Positions 32,828 to 43,149 of a DNA stretch of 64,000 bases are shown in pieces. The DNA is taken from assembly GCA_963750165.1 (NCBI GenBank), contig CAVVPN010000011.1, forward strand, positions 384,001-448,000, written 5' to 3'. The position numbers and the translations under genes were made by a program. The notes beneath the pieces were generated by a model. The model did no database searches and was not told the origin of the DNA. It saw nothing but the letters and a program-made list of their open reading frames with translations. The DNA is from an uncultured Gemmataceae bacterium (lineage in GTDB: Bacteria; Planctomycetota; Planctomycetia; Gemmatales; Gemmataceae). The first letter of the stretch is position 1; every line of letters starts with the position of its first letter.

Positions 32828-33213
32828 TCATCCTGGACACCCACATTTGGGTCTGGTGGGTGGACGGCGGTGCCCAACTGCCCGCCGACTACGCCGCGCT
32901 GCTCCAAGCGGAGGCACCCCAGGGGCTGGGGGTCTGCGCGATCTCTTGCTGGGAGGTGGCCAAGCTGGTCGAACTGGGCCGGCTCCAGTTCACGGTCCCG
33001 GTGGAGCAATGGCTGGCCCAGGCGCTGGCGCCACCCGTGCAACTGCTGACGCTCTCCCCGGAGGTGGCGGTCGGCTCGACTCGGCTGCCGGGCACTTTCC
33101 ACCGTGACCCGGCGGACCAGTTGATCGTCGCAACGGCCCGGCACTACGATTGCCCACTCGTGACGCTGGATCGCCTGATTCGGGCCTACCAGCACGTGCG
33201 GTTGGCCCCATAA
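32824..33213 (+). CDS. vapC: Cassette 3: VapC/PIN-domain toxin
   Basis: IILDTHIWVWW, AISCWEVAKLV..GRL, HRDPADQLIVATA, LVTLD. Confidence 0.92.
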   Translation: MIILDTHIWVWWVDGGAQLPADYAALLQAEAPQGLGVCAISCWEVAKLVELGRLQFTVPVEQWLAQALAPPVQLLTLSPEVAVGSTRLPGTFHRDPADQLIVATARHYDCPLVTLDRLIRAYQHVRLAP

Positions 33214-33287
33214 TTGGCCAGGGCAAGACAAGCCGGCCGCCACCACCAGGGATTAAGAAAGCAGGGGCGGAGGCAAGAAGAAACCTG

Positions 33288-33377
33288 TCCGAACCAGCCG
33301 TTGCACGTGACGGGCCAACTGAGCGCAAACGGACACGCCCAGGTCACTCGGCCCGCACCTGAGCTATGGTGTTCGGA
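33288..33377 (+). mobile_element. attC site 3 (90 bp)
   Basis: TCCGAAC...GTTCGGA; near-identical to attC2 and attC4. Confidence 0.88.
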
Positions 33378-33398
33378 CACAAAAATGCAGGTAATTTT

Positions 33399-34325
33399 AT
33401 GACGATACCGCTTGAAGACCGCGCCGGCTACATCACTGCTGCTGACCCTGACTGGCTTGATACGCTCAGTGCCTCAGGGTTCGATCGGGTGGTTTACTAC
33501 AAGAACCCGTACAACGCTCCCAAGTTGCCGATTGGCTCCTGGTTTCTCTGCTACCGCCGGGGGGAACACCCTCCCCGCCTGCATCTTGCCGGCATGGTCA
33601 CCGCCGTCGAAGAGTTGTCGCTGGACGAAGCCTGGTCACGGTACGGGCTCCAGCTCGGGGTTGGCCACACCGCGCAAAGCCACTCCCAATGGATTGCAGT
33701 CGCCCGATCGGTGCTGCGCGATCACGTGACGAGCGTATGCTGCATCGAACTCCAGAATTTGCGCCGATACCAGCCAACAATTCTCCTGTCAACCATGGGC
33801 ATTGCCGTCAGTGGGGGGACAGGGCAAATGGGACAGGCTCTCTCCAACGAGCAGATTGATCGCTGCGAGGACTTGTTGCTGTCTTCGCCTCCACTTCTTC
33901 CAGGCGAGGCCGACGCGGCAGATGAACTCCCTAGTCGCATGGAGATCGCTATTGTTCGGGTTGTGCGAAGTAGTGCGGTAATCGAGTTTGTGAAGTCACT
34001 TTACAATTTCAAGTGCCAAGTGTGCTCGAAGGTCATTGTTACGCCGCGCGGACCGTATGCGGAAGGTGCCCACATTCAGCCGTTGGGCTCACCGCACAAC
34101 GGCGCGGACGATCCCAGCAACGTGCTTTGCCTGTGTCCCGAGCATCACGTCTTGCTCGATTACGGTGCTTTTTCGGTCGCGGAGGATTATTCTCTGTTGG
34201 GCATCCGAGGAAAGTTAGCCGTGAATACTCGCCACCCGGTTTCTCGGAAGAAGCTCCGGTACCATCAAGAGCATGTATATGTCAGGCCAGGGCAATGTGA
34301 GGCAAAGTTTGCGTTGAGGTCGTGA
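33399..34325 (+). CDS. Cassette 4: HNH endonuclease with putative PUA/EVE-like N-terminal domain
   Basis: C-terminal VKSLYNFKCQVC..YAEGAHIQPLGSPHNGAD..NVLCLCPEHH..LD; lower GC than the flanks. Confidence 0.85.
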   Translation: MTIPLEDRAGYITAADPDWLDTLSASGFDRVVYYKNPYNAPKLPIGSWFLCYRRGEHPPRLHLAGMVTAVEELSLDEAWSRYGLQLGVGHTAQSHSQWIAVARSVLRDHVTSVCCIELQNLRRYQPTILLSTMGIAVSGGTGQMGQALSNEQIDRCEDLLLSSPPLLPGEADAADELPSRMEIAIVRVVRSSAVIEFVKSLYNFKCQVCSKVIVTPRGPYAEGAHIQPLGSPHNGADDPSNVLCLCPEHHVLLDYGAFSVAEDYSLLGIRGKLAVNTRHPVSRKKLRYHQEHVYVRPGQCEAKFALRS

Positions 34326-34416
34326 GCGGGCCGTGAGGAGAAGGGGTGATGCCGGGAGAATCAAAGGGGTCAGGTTAGGTTTTCAAAAGAATTGGCGAGA
34401 AAAACAAGAAAACGGC

Positions 34417-34506
34417 CCCTAACCAGCCGTTGCACGTGACGGGCCATCTGAGGTCAAGCGGACACGCCCAGGTCACTTGGCCCGCACGTGAACTCTGTTG
34501 TTCAGC
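34417..34506 (+). mobile_element. attC site 4 (90 bp)
   Basis: CCCTAAC...CACGTGACGGGCCA...TGGCCCGCACGTG...GTTCAGC. Confidence 0.88.
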
Positions 34507-34533
34507 CAGCGGAGTGCAGATCGGAAGGGCAAG

Positions 34534-34845
34534 GTGGCGGCGAACATCTACGTCTACTGTCCGGCTGGCGCGGACGGCCTCTCCCGCTCTGACCTCGAAG
34601 CCGAGCTGGAGGCGTTCTTCGGCGGGGCAGCCGAGGACTGCGGGGCGGGCAGCGGGATCAAGGGGTTCAACCTTGACTACGAGCTGGCCGACGGAGCGGA
34701 CCCCGACGCCTGGGCCGAGCGCCTCAAGCCGTTCCTGGCGGGCATCGGGGTCCTCCCCGGCACCTTCTTCACAGTCTACCCGGACGGCTGGAAGCCGGGC
34801 CAGGCGTGGCGGCGGATCGAGGTCTTCGAGGGCTCCTTGCGGTGA
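34534..34845 (+). CDS. Cassette 5: small acidic hypothetical protein
   Basis: GTG start just after attC4; coding-like codon usage. Confidence 0.65.
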   Translation: MAANIYVYCPAGADGLSRSDLEAELEAFFGGAAEDCGAGSGIKGFNLDYELADGADPDAWAERLKPFLAGIGVLPGTFFTVYPDGWKPGQAWRRIEVFEGSLR

Positions 34846-34902
34846 GAAGATCCCCGTTGTGCGGTAGACTGGTTGGGAGGGAAATCCAACTGGGAGACAG
34901 CC

Positions 34903-35166
34903 ATGCCAACTACCCAACCACGTCGAACCCCAGAGGAACTCGCTCAACTGGGCTCCGAGATCTTTCAGCGCGTTGTGCGTCCGGCGCTCAAACCCGAGGA
35001 AGACGGCAAGTTCGTCGCCATTGATGTCGCGACCAGCGACTCTGAGATCAACGAAGACGATTACACGGCGGTGATGCGTCTGCGAAGCCGCCATCCTTCG
35101 GGCGAGTTCTGGCTTGAGCGAGTGGGCGAACCGGGAACCATAGGGTCGAGACGAGTAACGACCTAA
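34903..35166 (+). CDS. Small hypothetical protein (GKFVAIDV..G.YE-type, DUF5678-like)
   Basis: GGAG RBS; GKFVAIDVATSDSEINEDDY..W..RVG; stop codon lies in ACCTAA(C), an attC-type inverse core. Confidence 0.7.
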   Translation: MPTTQPRRTPEELAQLGSEIFQRVVRPALKPEEDGKFVAIDVATSDSEINEDDYTAVMRLRSRHPSGEFWLERVGEPGTIGSRRVTT

Positions 35167-35265
35167 GGAGGCGCCGAACAACAACTTCGTAGGACGGCTC
35201 TCCAGAGCCGTCCCGACGGCTCTGGAGAGCCGTCCTACTCTTGGAAGTTGTTGTTCGGCGCCTCC
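35167..35265. mobile_element. 99-bp MITE-like element with 22-bp TIRs, TAA target duplication and an internal GTAG-REP doublet
   Basis: TAA|GGAGGCGCCGAACAACAACTTC...GAAGTTGTTGTTCGGCGCCTCC|TAA; inner perfect 24-bp inverted repeat starting GTAGGACGGCTC. Confidence 0.75.
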
Positions 35266-35354
35266 TAACCAACGGCTGAAGCTGGTCGAGCAGGCAGGAC
35301 AGACGACTTGCAAGCAATTCTCAATCGGGCGCCAGATCTCGACGTGTGAAAAAG

Positions 35355-35384
35355 TTGGCCCCCTTGGCCCCCTTGGCCCCCTTG
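35355..35384 (+). repeat. 9-bp tandem repeat (TTGGCCCCC x3)
   Basis: Directly visible. Confidence 0.8.
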
Positions 35385-35560
35385 CTGTGACAGGCGGCGC
35401 CAGCGCGTGTCTTACCGGGACCAACCCGGGCCATGCTGCCGGCGCATGGTGCGGGTAGTCGAAGGACCTTTTGCAAGGAATGCAGCGCGCGGAGCAGCCC
35501 GCCGCTGGCTCCCGTCCGAAGTCTCACGACTTCGGCTCCGCAACTGGTGTGGTGAACCGT

Positions 35561-36634
35561 TTAATGGTGCCCCTGCTCGGCGAGCCAACGCTCGGCGTCG
35601 AGGGCGGCCATGCAGCCGCTGCCGGCGGCGGTGACAGCCTGGCGGTAGTAGTCGTCGGCCACGTCGCCGGCGGCGAAGACACCTGGCACGCTGGTGTTGC
35701 TGCGCTGCGGCGTCGTCCAGCGGATGTAGCCGTTCGACTTCAACTCGATCTGGCCGGCCAGGAAGTCGGTGTTGGGCGTGTGGCCGATGGCGCAGAACAT
35801 GCCCGCGGCCGCCAGTTCTTCCTGCTGCCCGTCCACCGTGCTTTTGAGCCGCACGCCCGTGACGCCCGCTTCCGGGTTGCCGAGCACCTCGTCCACCACG
35901 CGGTTCCACTTCATCTCGACCTTGGGGTTGTCCCGCACGCGCTGCTGCATGATCTTGCTGGCGCGGAGCTGGTCGCGGCGGTGGACCAGGTACACCTTGG
36001 TGGCGAACTTGGTCAGGTAGGTCGTTTCCTCGACCGCGGTGTCGCCGCCACCGACCACCACCAGCGGCTTGTTGCGGAAACGCGGCAGCGCCCCGTCGCA
36101 GACCGCGCACGCCGAGACGCCGTTGTTCTTCAGGCGGTCTTCCGACGGCAGGCCGAGGTAGTTGGCGCGGGCGCCGGTGGCGATGATGACCGTCAGCGCC
36201 TCGACGGTCTGGCCCTCCAGCCTGAACAGCTGGAACGGATAGCGTTTGAAGTCCACGCGGACGATGTCGTCGGTGATGATCCGCGTGCCGAAATTGACGG
36301 CCTGCTGGCGGGCCAGTTCCATCATTTCGGGGCCGGTGGCGGCGCGCTTGCCGGAGTGGAACTTTTTGCCCTCATACAGCGGGCCGAAGCGCTCCGGCGG
36401 CAGGGCGGATTTCGCCAGCTGCTTGATGGCGTCCGTGTCGGCGAACGGCCATGTCGGAAAGTTCTCGACCTCCGTGGTCAGGTTCAGCTGACCCAGCGGC
36501 AGCGTGCCCTTGATGTTGTTCTCCTGCGTAACCGCCCCCTCGAAGACCAGCGGTTGCAGGTTCGCCCGCGCCGCGTAAATCGCCGCCGTCCAGCCCGCCG
36601 GGCCCGATCCGACAATGACCACCTTTTCTGCCAT
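35561..36634 (-). CDS. trxB: Thioredoxin reductase
   Basis: [68 protein letters not shown]. Confidence 0.95.
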   Translation of the reverse strand: MAEKVVIVGSGPAGWTAAIYAARANLQPLVFEGAVTQENNIKGTLPLGQLNLTTEVENFPTWPFADTDAIKQLAKSALPPERFGPLYEGKKFHSGKRAATGPEMMELARQQAVNFGTRIITDDIVRVDFKRYPFQLFRLEGQTVEALTVIIATGARANYLGLPSEDRLKNNGVSACAVCDGALPRFRNKPLVVVGGGDTAVEETTYLTKFATKVYLVHRRDQLRASKIMQQRVRDNPKVEMKWNRVVDEVLGNPEAGVTGVRLKSTVDGQQEELAAAGMFCAIGHTPNTDFLAGQIELKSNGYIRWTTPQRSNTSVPGVFAAGDVADDYYRQAVTAAGSGCMAALDAERWLAEQGHH

Positions 36635-36710
36635 GATGTCTGCTCCTTCTGCTGAGTCCACGTGTATTGTTCACTGATAGGACACGGTTCGGCAAGTTCA
36701 ACCCGTCGCT

Positions 36711-36776
36711 TTGGTCGGAGCCCGAGCGCCAGCGCGGAGCAGACTCTGCCCCGCGTGGCGCTCGGGCTTCGACCAA
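36711..36776. repeat. REP-like palindrome family A, copy 2
   Basis: Same arms as 29561 and 51154. Confidence 0.85.
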
Positions 36777-36886
36777 TCACGAACGCGCATGGCGCTCCCG
36801 TATGGGTCTTGCTGCGCGGCAGCGCGTCGGCGAAGATCACAGGGAGACTCCTGGCAGTGTGAGGCTCCTTTCTGGAGGGCATGGTC

Positions 36887-37075
36887 ATGCGGCCGCGCGG
36901 ACAGTTGTGGTACGAGTTGCAGCGGATTTGTCAGGACTTCCGTGAGTTTTCCGGTCTGGAGAAGGCCGAGGCGCTGGACGTGATGATCGCCGTCCTGCGC
37001 AACCTGCTGGCGGACACCGAGGAAGAGCGCGACAAGCTGACGGGCGGCGGTACCGAGGCGCCGCCGCCCACGTGA
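36887..37075 (+). CDS. Small helical hypothetical protein
   Basis: GGAGG RBS; coding-like composition. Confidence 0.55.
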   Translation: MRPRGQLWYELQRICQDFREFSGLEKAEALDVMIAVLRNLLADTEEERDKLTGGGTEAPPPT

Positions 37076-37489
37076 CGCCGCTCAGAACCAGAACGTCACC
37101 GGTTTGACCCCGGCTCGCTCCAGCAGGTGCGTTTGGTCGTTGCATCCACCACCTTGCTGCTCGGAACGGATTTCGGACAGCGCGGCAACCGCCGGAGCGT
37201 GCCGATTTTTCGGTGAGAATTTCTTTCCCCCCGTCCCAGGAATCCGTTAGAACAGAAGGAGGGGAGGAAAGCACCTCCCGCGACCCCGGCACCAACCCAC
37301 CAAACGGGTAACTCGGCGCTTCGGTAGCCGACCCGCCTCGCTGCTCGCCTTTGCCTTCTCCTGGCTCGCCGATCCCAGACAGCAGGTTCGGCGGTCGCAA
37401 CCTGGCGAGAACCTTCCGGCGTTGCTCCTGGATATAGGAGTTTGCTGCGGTGCGAAGAAACCAGGATTGCGGCCTCCAGGTAAACGTTC

Positions 37490-40400
37490 ATGACGCCATC
37501 CCGCCTCCGACGCACGGTGCCCTTCGTCCTGGTAAGTGCCGGCCTGGCCGCGCTCGCCTGGCTCGGCGCCGCCGCGCCCAGTGGCGGTCAAGCGCAGCCC
37601 CGTGACCTCGCGGCCGACTACACGCAGCAGGTCCGGCCGCTGCTCCAGAAGTATTGCCTGGCGTGCCACTCCACCAAGGTCCACAAGGGCGACATCGACC
37701 TGGAGCGCTTCACTGGGCTCGCCGCGATCCGCAAGGATCTGCACCCCTGGGAGCAGGTGGCCGACCAGCTGGAGATCGGCGAGATGCCACCGCGCGGCAA
37801 ACCGCAGCCCAGCGCCCAGGAGCGCAAAGTGCTGGTCGGCTGGGTGCGTGCGGTCCTTGATGCCGAGGCGCGGGCGCTGGCGGGCGACCCGGGGCCGGCC
37901 GTCCTGCGCCGACTCAACAACGCCGAGTACACCAACACCCTCCGTGACCTGACCGGCGTTGAGTTGCAGCCGGCCCGCGAGTTCCCCGCCGATAGCGCCG
38001 CTGGCGAGGGCTTCACCAACACGGCCGCGACGCTGACCATGTCGCCGGCGCTGATCGACCGCTACTTCAAGGCCGCCCGGGACGTGGCGGCGCACGCGGT
38101 GCTGCTGCCCGACGGCTTCCGCTTTTCGCCGTCGGCCGGCCGCCGCGACTGGAGCAACGAGGCCCTGGCGACAGTTCGCCAGGCATACGCGGCGTATCCA
38201 ACGGACGGCAAGCTGCCGCTGCTGCCTTATGTGCAAGCGACGCTCAAGCACCGCGACGCCCTGAAGGCGGGCACGGTCAAACTGGAGGCCGTTGCCGCCA
38301 CGGAGAAGCTGAGCCCGAAATACTTGCACGCCCTGTGGAACGCTCTCAACGATCCGGCGCGGTCGCATCCGCTGGACCTGATCCGGGCGCGGTGGCAGAA
38401 GGCCAAGCCGAAGGACGCCCCCGCGCTCGTCGCCGAGGTGGCGCGCTGGCAGGCCATCCTCTGGGAAACCGGTCGGATCGGTAGCTACACAAGGGGCGAC
38501 CGCACCCGGCCGCGCGACAGCCTCACGCGGCAAATGCCGAGCGACCCGCCGGCCCGCGAAACGGCGCCGCTGCGGCTCGCGCTGAAGCCGGCGCCCGGCC
38601 AGGCGGAGGTGCTGCTCACGCTCGCCGCGCGTGAACTGGTTTCCCCCGATGCGAAGGGGCAAATCCTCTGGCAGCGACCGCGGTTCGAGGCGAAGAACCA
38701 GCCGACACGCTTGCTCCGCGATTATGCCAGTTTCGGACCCGCCTATGAGATCGATACCGCCGCGTTCTTCAAGGACGCCGCGAAATATCTCGCCGCAGTC
38801 ACCGACTTCGCCCATGACCGCAAGCGTACGCTTGCCGACCTCGCCAGGCAGCACGCGCTCGATCCGGCCCGGCTCAAAAACTGGATCGCCCTGGTGGCGC
38901 TGGAGCCCGCGAAAAAAGCGGGTGATCCGCCGCCGCCCCTGAAGTTCCTGCCGGCGGCGCCCTGACGCTCCTCGATGAACCGACGCCAAAGAACCCGCAA
39001 CGTCCCGCGATCAACGGCTGGCGTGGCAAGGGAGCCGAACTACCGGTCGTCCTGGCGAACGCCTCGGACCGCACCGAGAAGATCCCGGGGACGATGCGAC
39101 CGCACTGCGTGGCCGTCCACCCGATGCCGAAGGAACTTGTGGGCGTCGTCTGGACGCACCCCAAATCCGGCCCGGTGCGCGTGTCGGCCCACATCCACCA
39201 CGTCCACCCAGCATGCGGCAACGGCGTTGCCTGGTGGCTGGAGGTGCGGCGCGGCGTGCAGGCCGCGGTGCTCGCGCATGGTGCGCTGGACCTCGGCGGC
39301 GAAATCAAGATCCCTGCGCGCGCGGTCCAACTGGAAGCCGGCGATTCTCTGGCCCTGCTCATCGACGCCCGCAATGGCGAGCACACCTGCGACATGACCG
39401 AGATCGGCCTGACCGTGACCGAGGACGCGAAGGCCGGCCGCACCTGGGACCTGGCCGGCGACGTGGCCGACTCGATCCTCGTGGGCAACGCGCACGCCGA
39501 TCGCTTCGGCAACAAGGCCGTCTGGAGTTTCGTCAAGGGCCCGGCACGTCCGACCACCGCGGTGGCTAGCGGCGCTCACCCGGCCTATCCTGCGAACTCG
39601 CTGCTTGCTCGCTGGCGCGCCAGCGCCGCCGACCCCGCGCGCGGGCCGAGGCCGGCAAGCTCGCCGTCCAGGTGCAGGCGCTGCTTACCGGTCCGCGTCC
39701 GGCCGGGAAGGACGCATCAACCTATGACACTTTGCTGGCAGCCGATGGCCCGCTCTTCAAGGGTCTGGACCTGGCCAAACTGCCGCGTCTCGCCGCGGGC
39801 AAGGTGCCGTTCGGGCTGGCGAAGGACCGCTTCGTCGGTCCCGGCGATCTCGTCCCGGCGAACAGCAAGGCCGCTGAGGTCCGCCTGCCGGCCGCCCTGT
39901 TCCGCGATTACGTCTTCGTGGTCGATGTCGCGCTGCCGAAGGGGTCGGCGGGGGTGGTGCAGGTGACCGTCGCGCCGGCGGCCCAGGACGGTGTCAGCGC
40001 CATCATCGCGGCGGACAGCCCGGCTTACAAGAAACTGCTCAAAGGCCACGACGCCTTCCGGCGCGTCTTTCCGCTGTTCGTCTGCTTCCCAAGGGTTGTG
40101 CCGGAAGACGAGACGGTCTCGCTGAAGATGTTCCACCGCGAGGACGAACCACTGCGGCGGCTGTTCCTGGACGACGCGGCAGCACGGCGGCTCGACCGAC
40201 TCTGGGTGGAACTGCGGTTCATCAGCCGCCAGCCGGTCGCGGAGTACGATTACCTGCCGCAGTTCATGGAGTACACCACCCAGGACACGCCGAAGGAATT
40301 GCAGCAGTTTTTCATCGACCGCAAGCCGCTGTTCAAGAAAAAGGCGGCGGCGTTCCAGGCCGAGGAGGCGGCGGCCGTGCCGGCCCAGTTCGACGCGCTC

Positions 40401-41642
40401 GCCGACTTCGCCGCCCGCGCCTACCGCCGGCCGCTGCGGCCCGCGGAGCGGCAGCAACTACTGGCCCAGCACGCGGCGCTGCGCAAGAAAGGCGTGAGCC
40501 ACGATGAGGCGTTCCGCTCGGTGCTGACGCGCGTGCTCGTCTCGCCGCACTTCCTCTACCGCGTCGAAGCGCCGCCACCGGGCGTGAAGCCGGCACCCGT
40601 CTCCGACCTGGAACTGGCGACGCGCCTCAGCTACTTCCTCTGGGCGTCCATGCCCGACGACGAACTGCGCCGGCTCGCGGAGAAGGGGCAATTACGCGAC
40701 CGCAAAACGCTGCGGTCGCAGACGGAGCGGTTGCTGCGGTCGCCGCGGGTGCGCGGCCTGGCGACCGAGTTCGGCATGCAGTGGTTGCAGGTGCGCGACA
40801 TCCTGGAGCACCGCGAAAAGAGCGAACAACTCTTTCCGACCTTCGATGATAAATTGCGCGCCGCCTTCTTCGAGGAGGCCGCCCTGCTGTTCCAGGACCA
40901 TTTCCAGAACGACCGCCCGGTGTCCGAGTTGCTTGAAGGCGATCACATCTTCGTCAACGAGACGCTGGCCCGGCACTACGGCCTGAATGACGTGAAAGGC
41001 CCGAAGTGGCGGAAACGCGCGGGTGCGAGCAAGCTCGGCCGCGGCGGTGTCCTGACCCTTGCCGCGGTGCTGACCAAGCAGGCCGGCGCGTCGCGCACCA
41101 GTCCCGTGCTGCGCGGCAACTGGATCGTGCAGACGCTCCTCGGCGAGAAGTTGCCCCGGCCGCCCGCAGACGTGCCGCAGCTGCCCGCGGGCGAGGACAC
41201 CAGCAAATTGCCCGTGCGTCAGCTGGTCGAGTTGCACACGAAGGACGCGCGCTGCGCCCACTGTCACGTCCGCATTGATCCGTATGGCTTCGCGCTGGAG
41301 GGCTACGACCCCATCGGCCGGCGGCGCGTGAAAGACCTCGCCGGCCGGCCCGTCGATACCCGGGCGACGCTGCGGGATGGCATCACGTTCGACGGCATAG
41401 AGGGGTTGCGCCGCTATCTGGTGAAGGAACGGCGCGAGGATTTTGTGCGCACCTTCTGCCGCAAGCTGCTAGGCTATGCGCTGGGCCGCTCGCTCACGCT
41501 CGCCGATCAGCCGCTGCTCGACGAGATGCAACGGTCGCTACGCGCCCACGACTACCGGGTGTCCGCCGCGATCCTGCCGATTGTGGAGAGCACTCAGTTC
41601 CGTTACCTTCGTGGGGCGAAGACGGCCGCGGACGAACGCTAA
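37490..41642 (+). CDS. Planctomycete cytochrome c/DUF1587-1595-1592-1588-1585 multidomain protein, split by two frameshifts (~38961, ~39645)
   Basis: Haem motifs CLACH and CAHCH; LRRLNNAEY.NTLRDL, ELATRLSYFLWASMPD, RTSPVLRGNW, KLLGYALGR; fragments are collinear. Confidence 0.85.
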
Positions 41643-41663
41643 ACTCCGACACCGAGGTTTGCC

Positions 41664-42986
41664 ATGAACCGCGCTCGCACCGATCTCTCGCGCCGGACGT
41701 TCCTGCAAGGCGTCGGCGTCAGCATGGCGCTGCCCTGGCTCGAATCGCTGCCGGTCTGGGGCCAGACCGGGAGCCAGGCCGCCGCGACGTCGCCGGTGCG
41801 TCTGGCGGTGCTGTTCGCCGGCAACGGCTTCCACAGTGGCGAGTGGTGGGCCCGCGGCGACGGCCGCACGATGGAACTGGGTCGGGTACTGGCGCCGCTG
41901 CTGCCGCACCGCGAGAAGCTCACCTTCCTGCGCGGCCTGCGCAACCCGGTGGGCGGCCCCGGCATCCACAGCTCGCAGACTGGCAATCTCCTCACCGGCA
42001 CCACCCTCGGGGCCGGCGGCAACGTCCGCTCCGGCGTCAGCTTCGACCAGGTCGTCGCCCGGCGCGTCGGCGCGCAGACGCGCGTCCCCAGCCTGGTGCT
42101 CGGCTGCGAGCCGCCCATCGCCGCGCTGCACAACGGCTACTCGATGCTTTACAGCTCGCACATCTCCTGGAGTTCGCCGACGACGGCAGTGCCGCTGGAA
42201 CTGTACCCCGCGCTGGCCTTCGACCGCCTGTTCCGTGAAGAGGGCGGCCGCACCGACCGCAGCGTCCTCGACGCGGTGCTCGAGGACGCCCGCGGTTTGC
42301 AGGCCCAGGTCAGCACGCGGGATCGGCAGCGCGTCGAGGAGTACCTGTCCTCGGTCCGCGAGGTGGAGCAGCGCATCACGCAGGCGGGCCGGCAGGGCCG
42401 CTTGCAGGGTTGGCGGCCCACACTGGCGCGGCCCAACGTGCCGCGCCCCGCCGACGGCATCCCGCAGGACATCGACCAGCACATGCGACTCATGTGCGAC
42501 ATCCTCGTGATCGCCTTCCAGACCGACACGACGCGGGTCTGCACGCTGAAGCTGAACAACGATCACTCGTCGCTGCGCTTCCCGAATCTGCCGTCGGATC
42601 GGGCCGGCCAGCACATCGACTACATGATCCACCACTTGCTGTCGCACACCAACAACGGCGACTGGCTCCGCGTCAACCAGTTCTTCCTCGGCCAGCTCGC
42701 CTACATCGCCGACCGGCTCGACCGCATCCGCGAGGGCGAGCGCACCCTGCTGGACAACAGCCTGATCCTGCTGACCTCGAGCATGCTGCACGGCGGCCAC
42801 GACGCCAGCCAGCTGCCGGTGTTGCTGCTCGGCCGCGGCGGCGGCCGGCTGCGCGGCGGTCGCGTGCTCGACTACCTGCAGAGCCCCAACCGCAAGATGT
42901 GCAGCCTGTACCTCGCCCTGATGCGCATGGCCGGCGTCGAACTCGCCGAGTTCGGCGACTCGCGCGCGGCGCTCACGGGTCTGTGA
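41664..42986 (+). CDS. DUF1552 family Tat-exported protein
   Basis: SRRTFLQGVGVSMALPWLESL, SFDQ, ISWSSPT, LAFDRLF, SVREVE, AFQTDTTRV, TLLDNS. Confidence 0.9.
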   Translation: MNRARTDLSRRTFLQGVGVSMALPWLESLPVWGQTGSQAAATSPVRLAVLFAGNGFHSGEWWARGDGRTMELGRVLAPLLPHREKLTFLRGLRNPVGGPGIHSSQTGNLLTGTTLGAGGNVRSGVSFDQVVARRVGAQTRVPSLVLGCEPPIAALHNGYSMLYSSHISWSSPTTAVPLELYPALAFDRLFREEGGRTDRSVLDAVLEDARGLQAQVSTRDRQRVEEYLSSVREVEQRITQAGRQGRLQGWRPTLARPNVPRPADGIPQDIDQHMRLMCDILVIAFQTDTTRVCTLKLNNDHSSLRFPNLPSDRAGQHIDYMIHHLLSHTNNGDWLRVNQFFLGQLAYIADRLDRIREGERTLLDNSLILLTSSMLHGGHDASQLPVLLLGRGGGRLRGGRVLDYLQSPNRKMCSLYLALMRMAGVELAEFGDSRAALTGL

Positions 42987-43149
42987 GCAAGGGATGCGTT
43001 CAGGGCTACGAACCGGATGGCGCTTGCGGATTGGCGCTCCGCGCTAAGCCGCAAGCGGCAGAAAGCTGGGATGACGCGCCCCAACTTCTGGTCTGCCGCT
43101 TGGCGTTTTAGCGCGCTGCAACCCAGATTTCTGCGGCGAGGTCGTTCGC

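Noticed and set aside
31581..34506. Repeats as a CRISPR array
   Set aside because: Units are about 90 bp, separated by whole genes, and no cas genes are present; they fit attC sites
37290..37370. Cyclic di-GMP riboswitch or RNase P RNA
   Set aside because: Only short fragments resemble them (GGCAAA, GAGGAAAG); the conserved cores are missing
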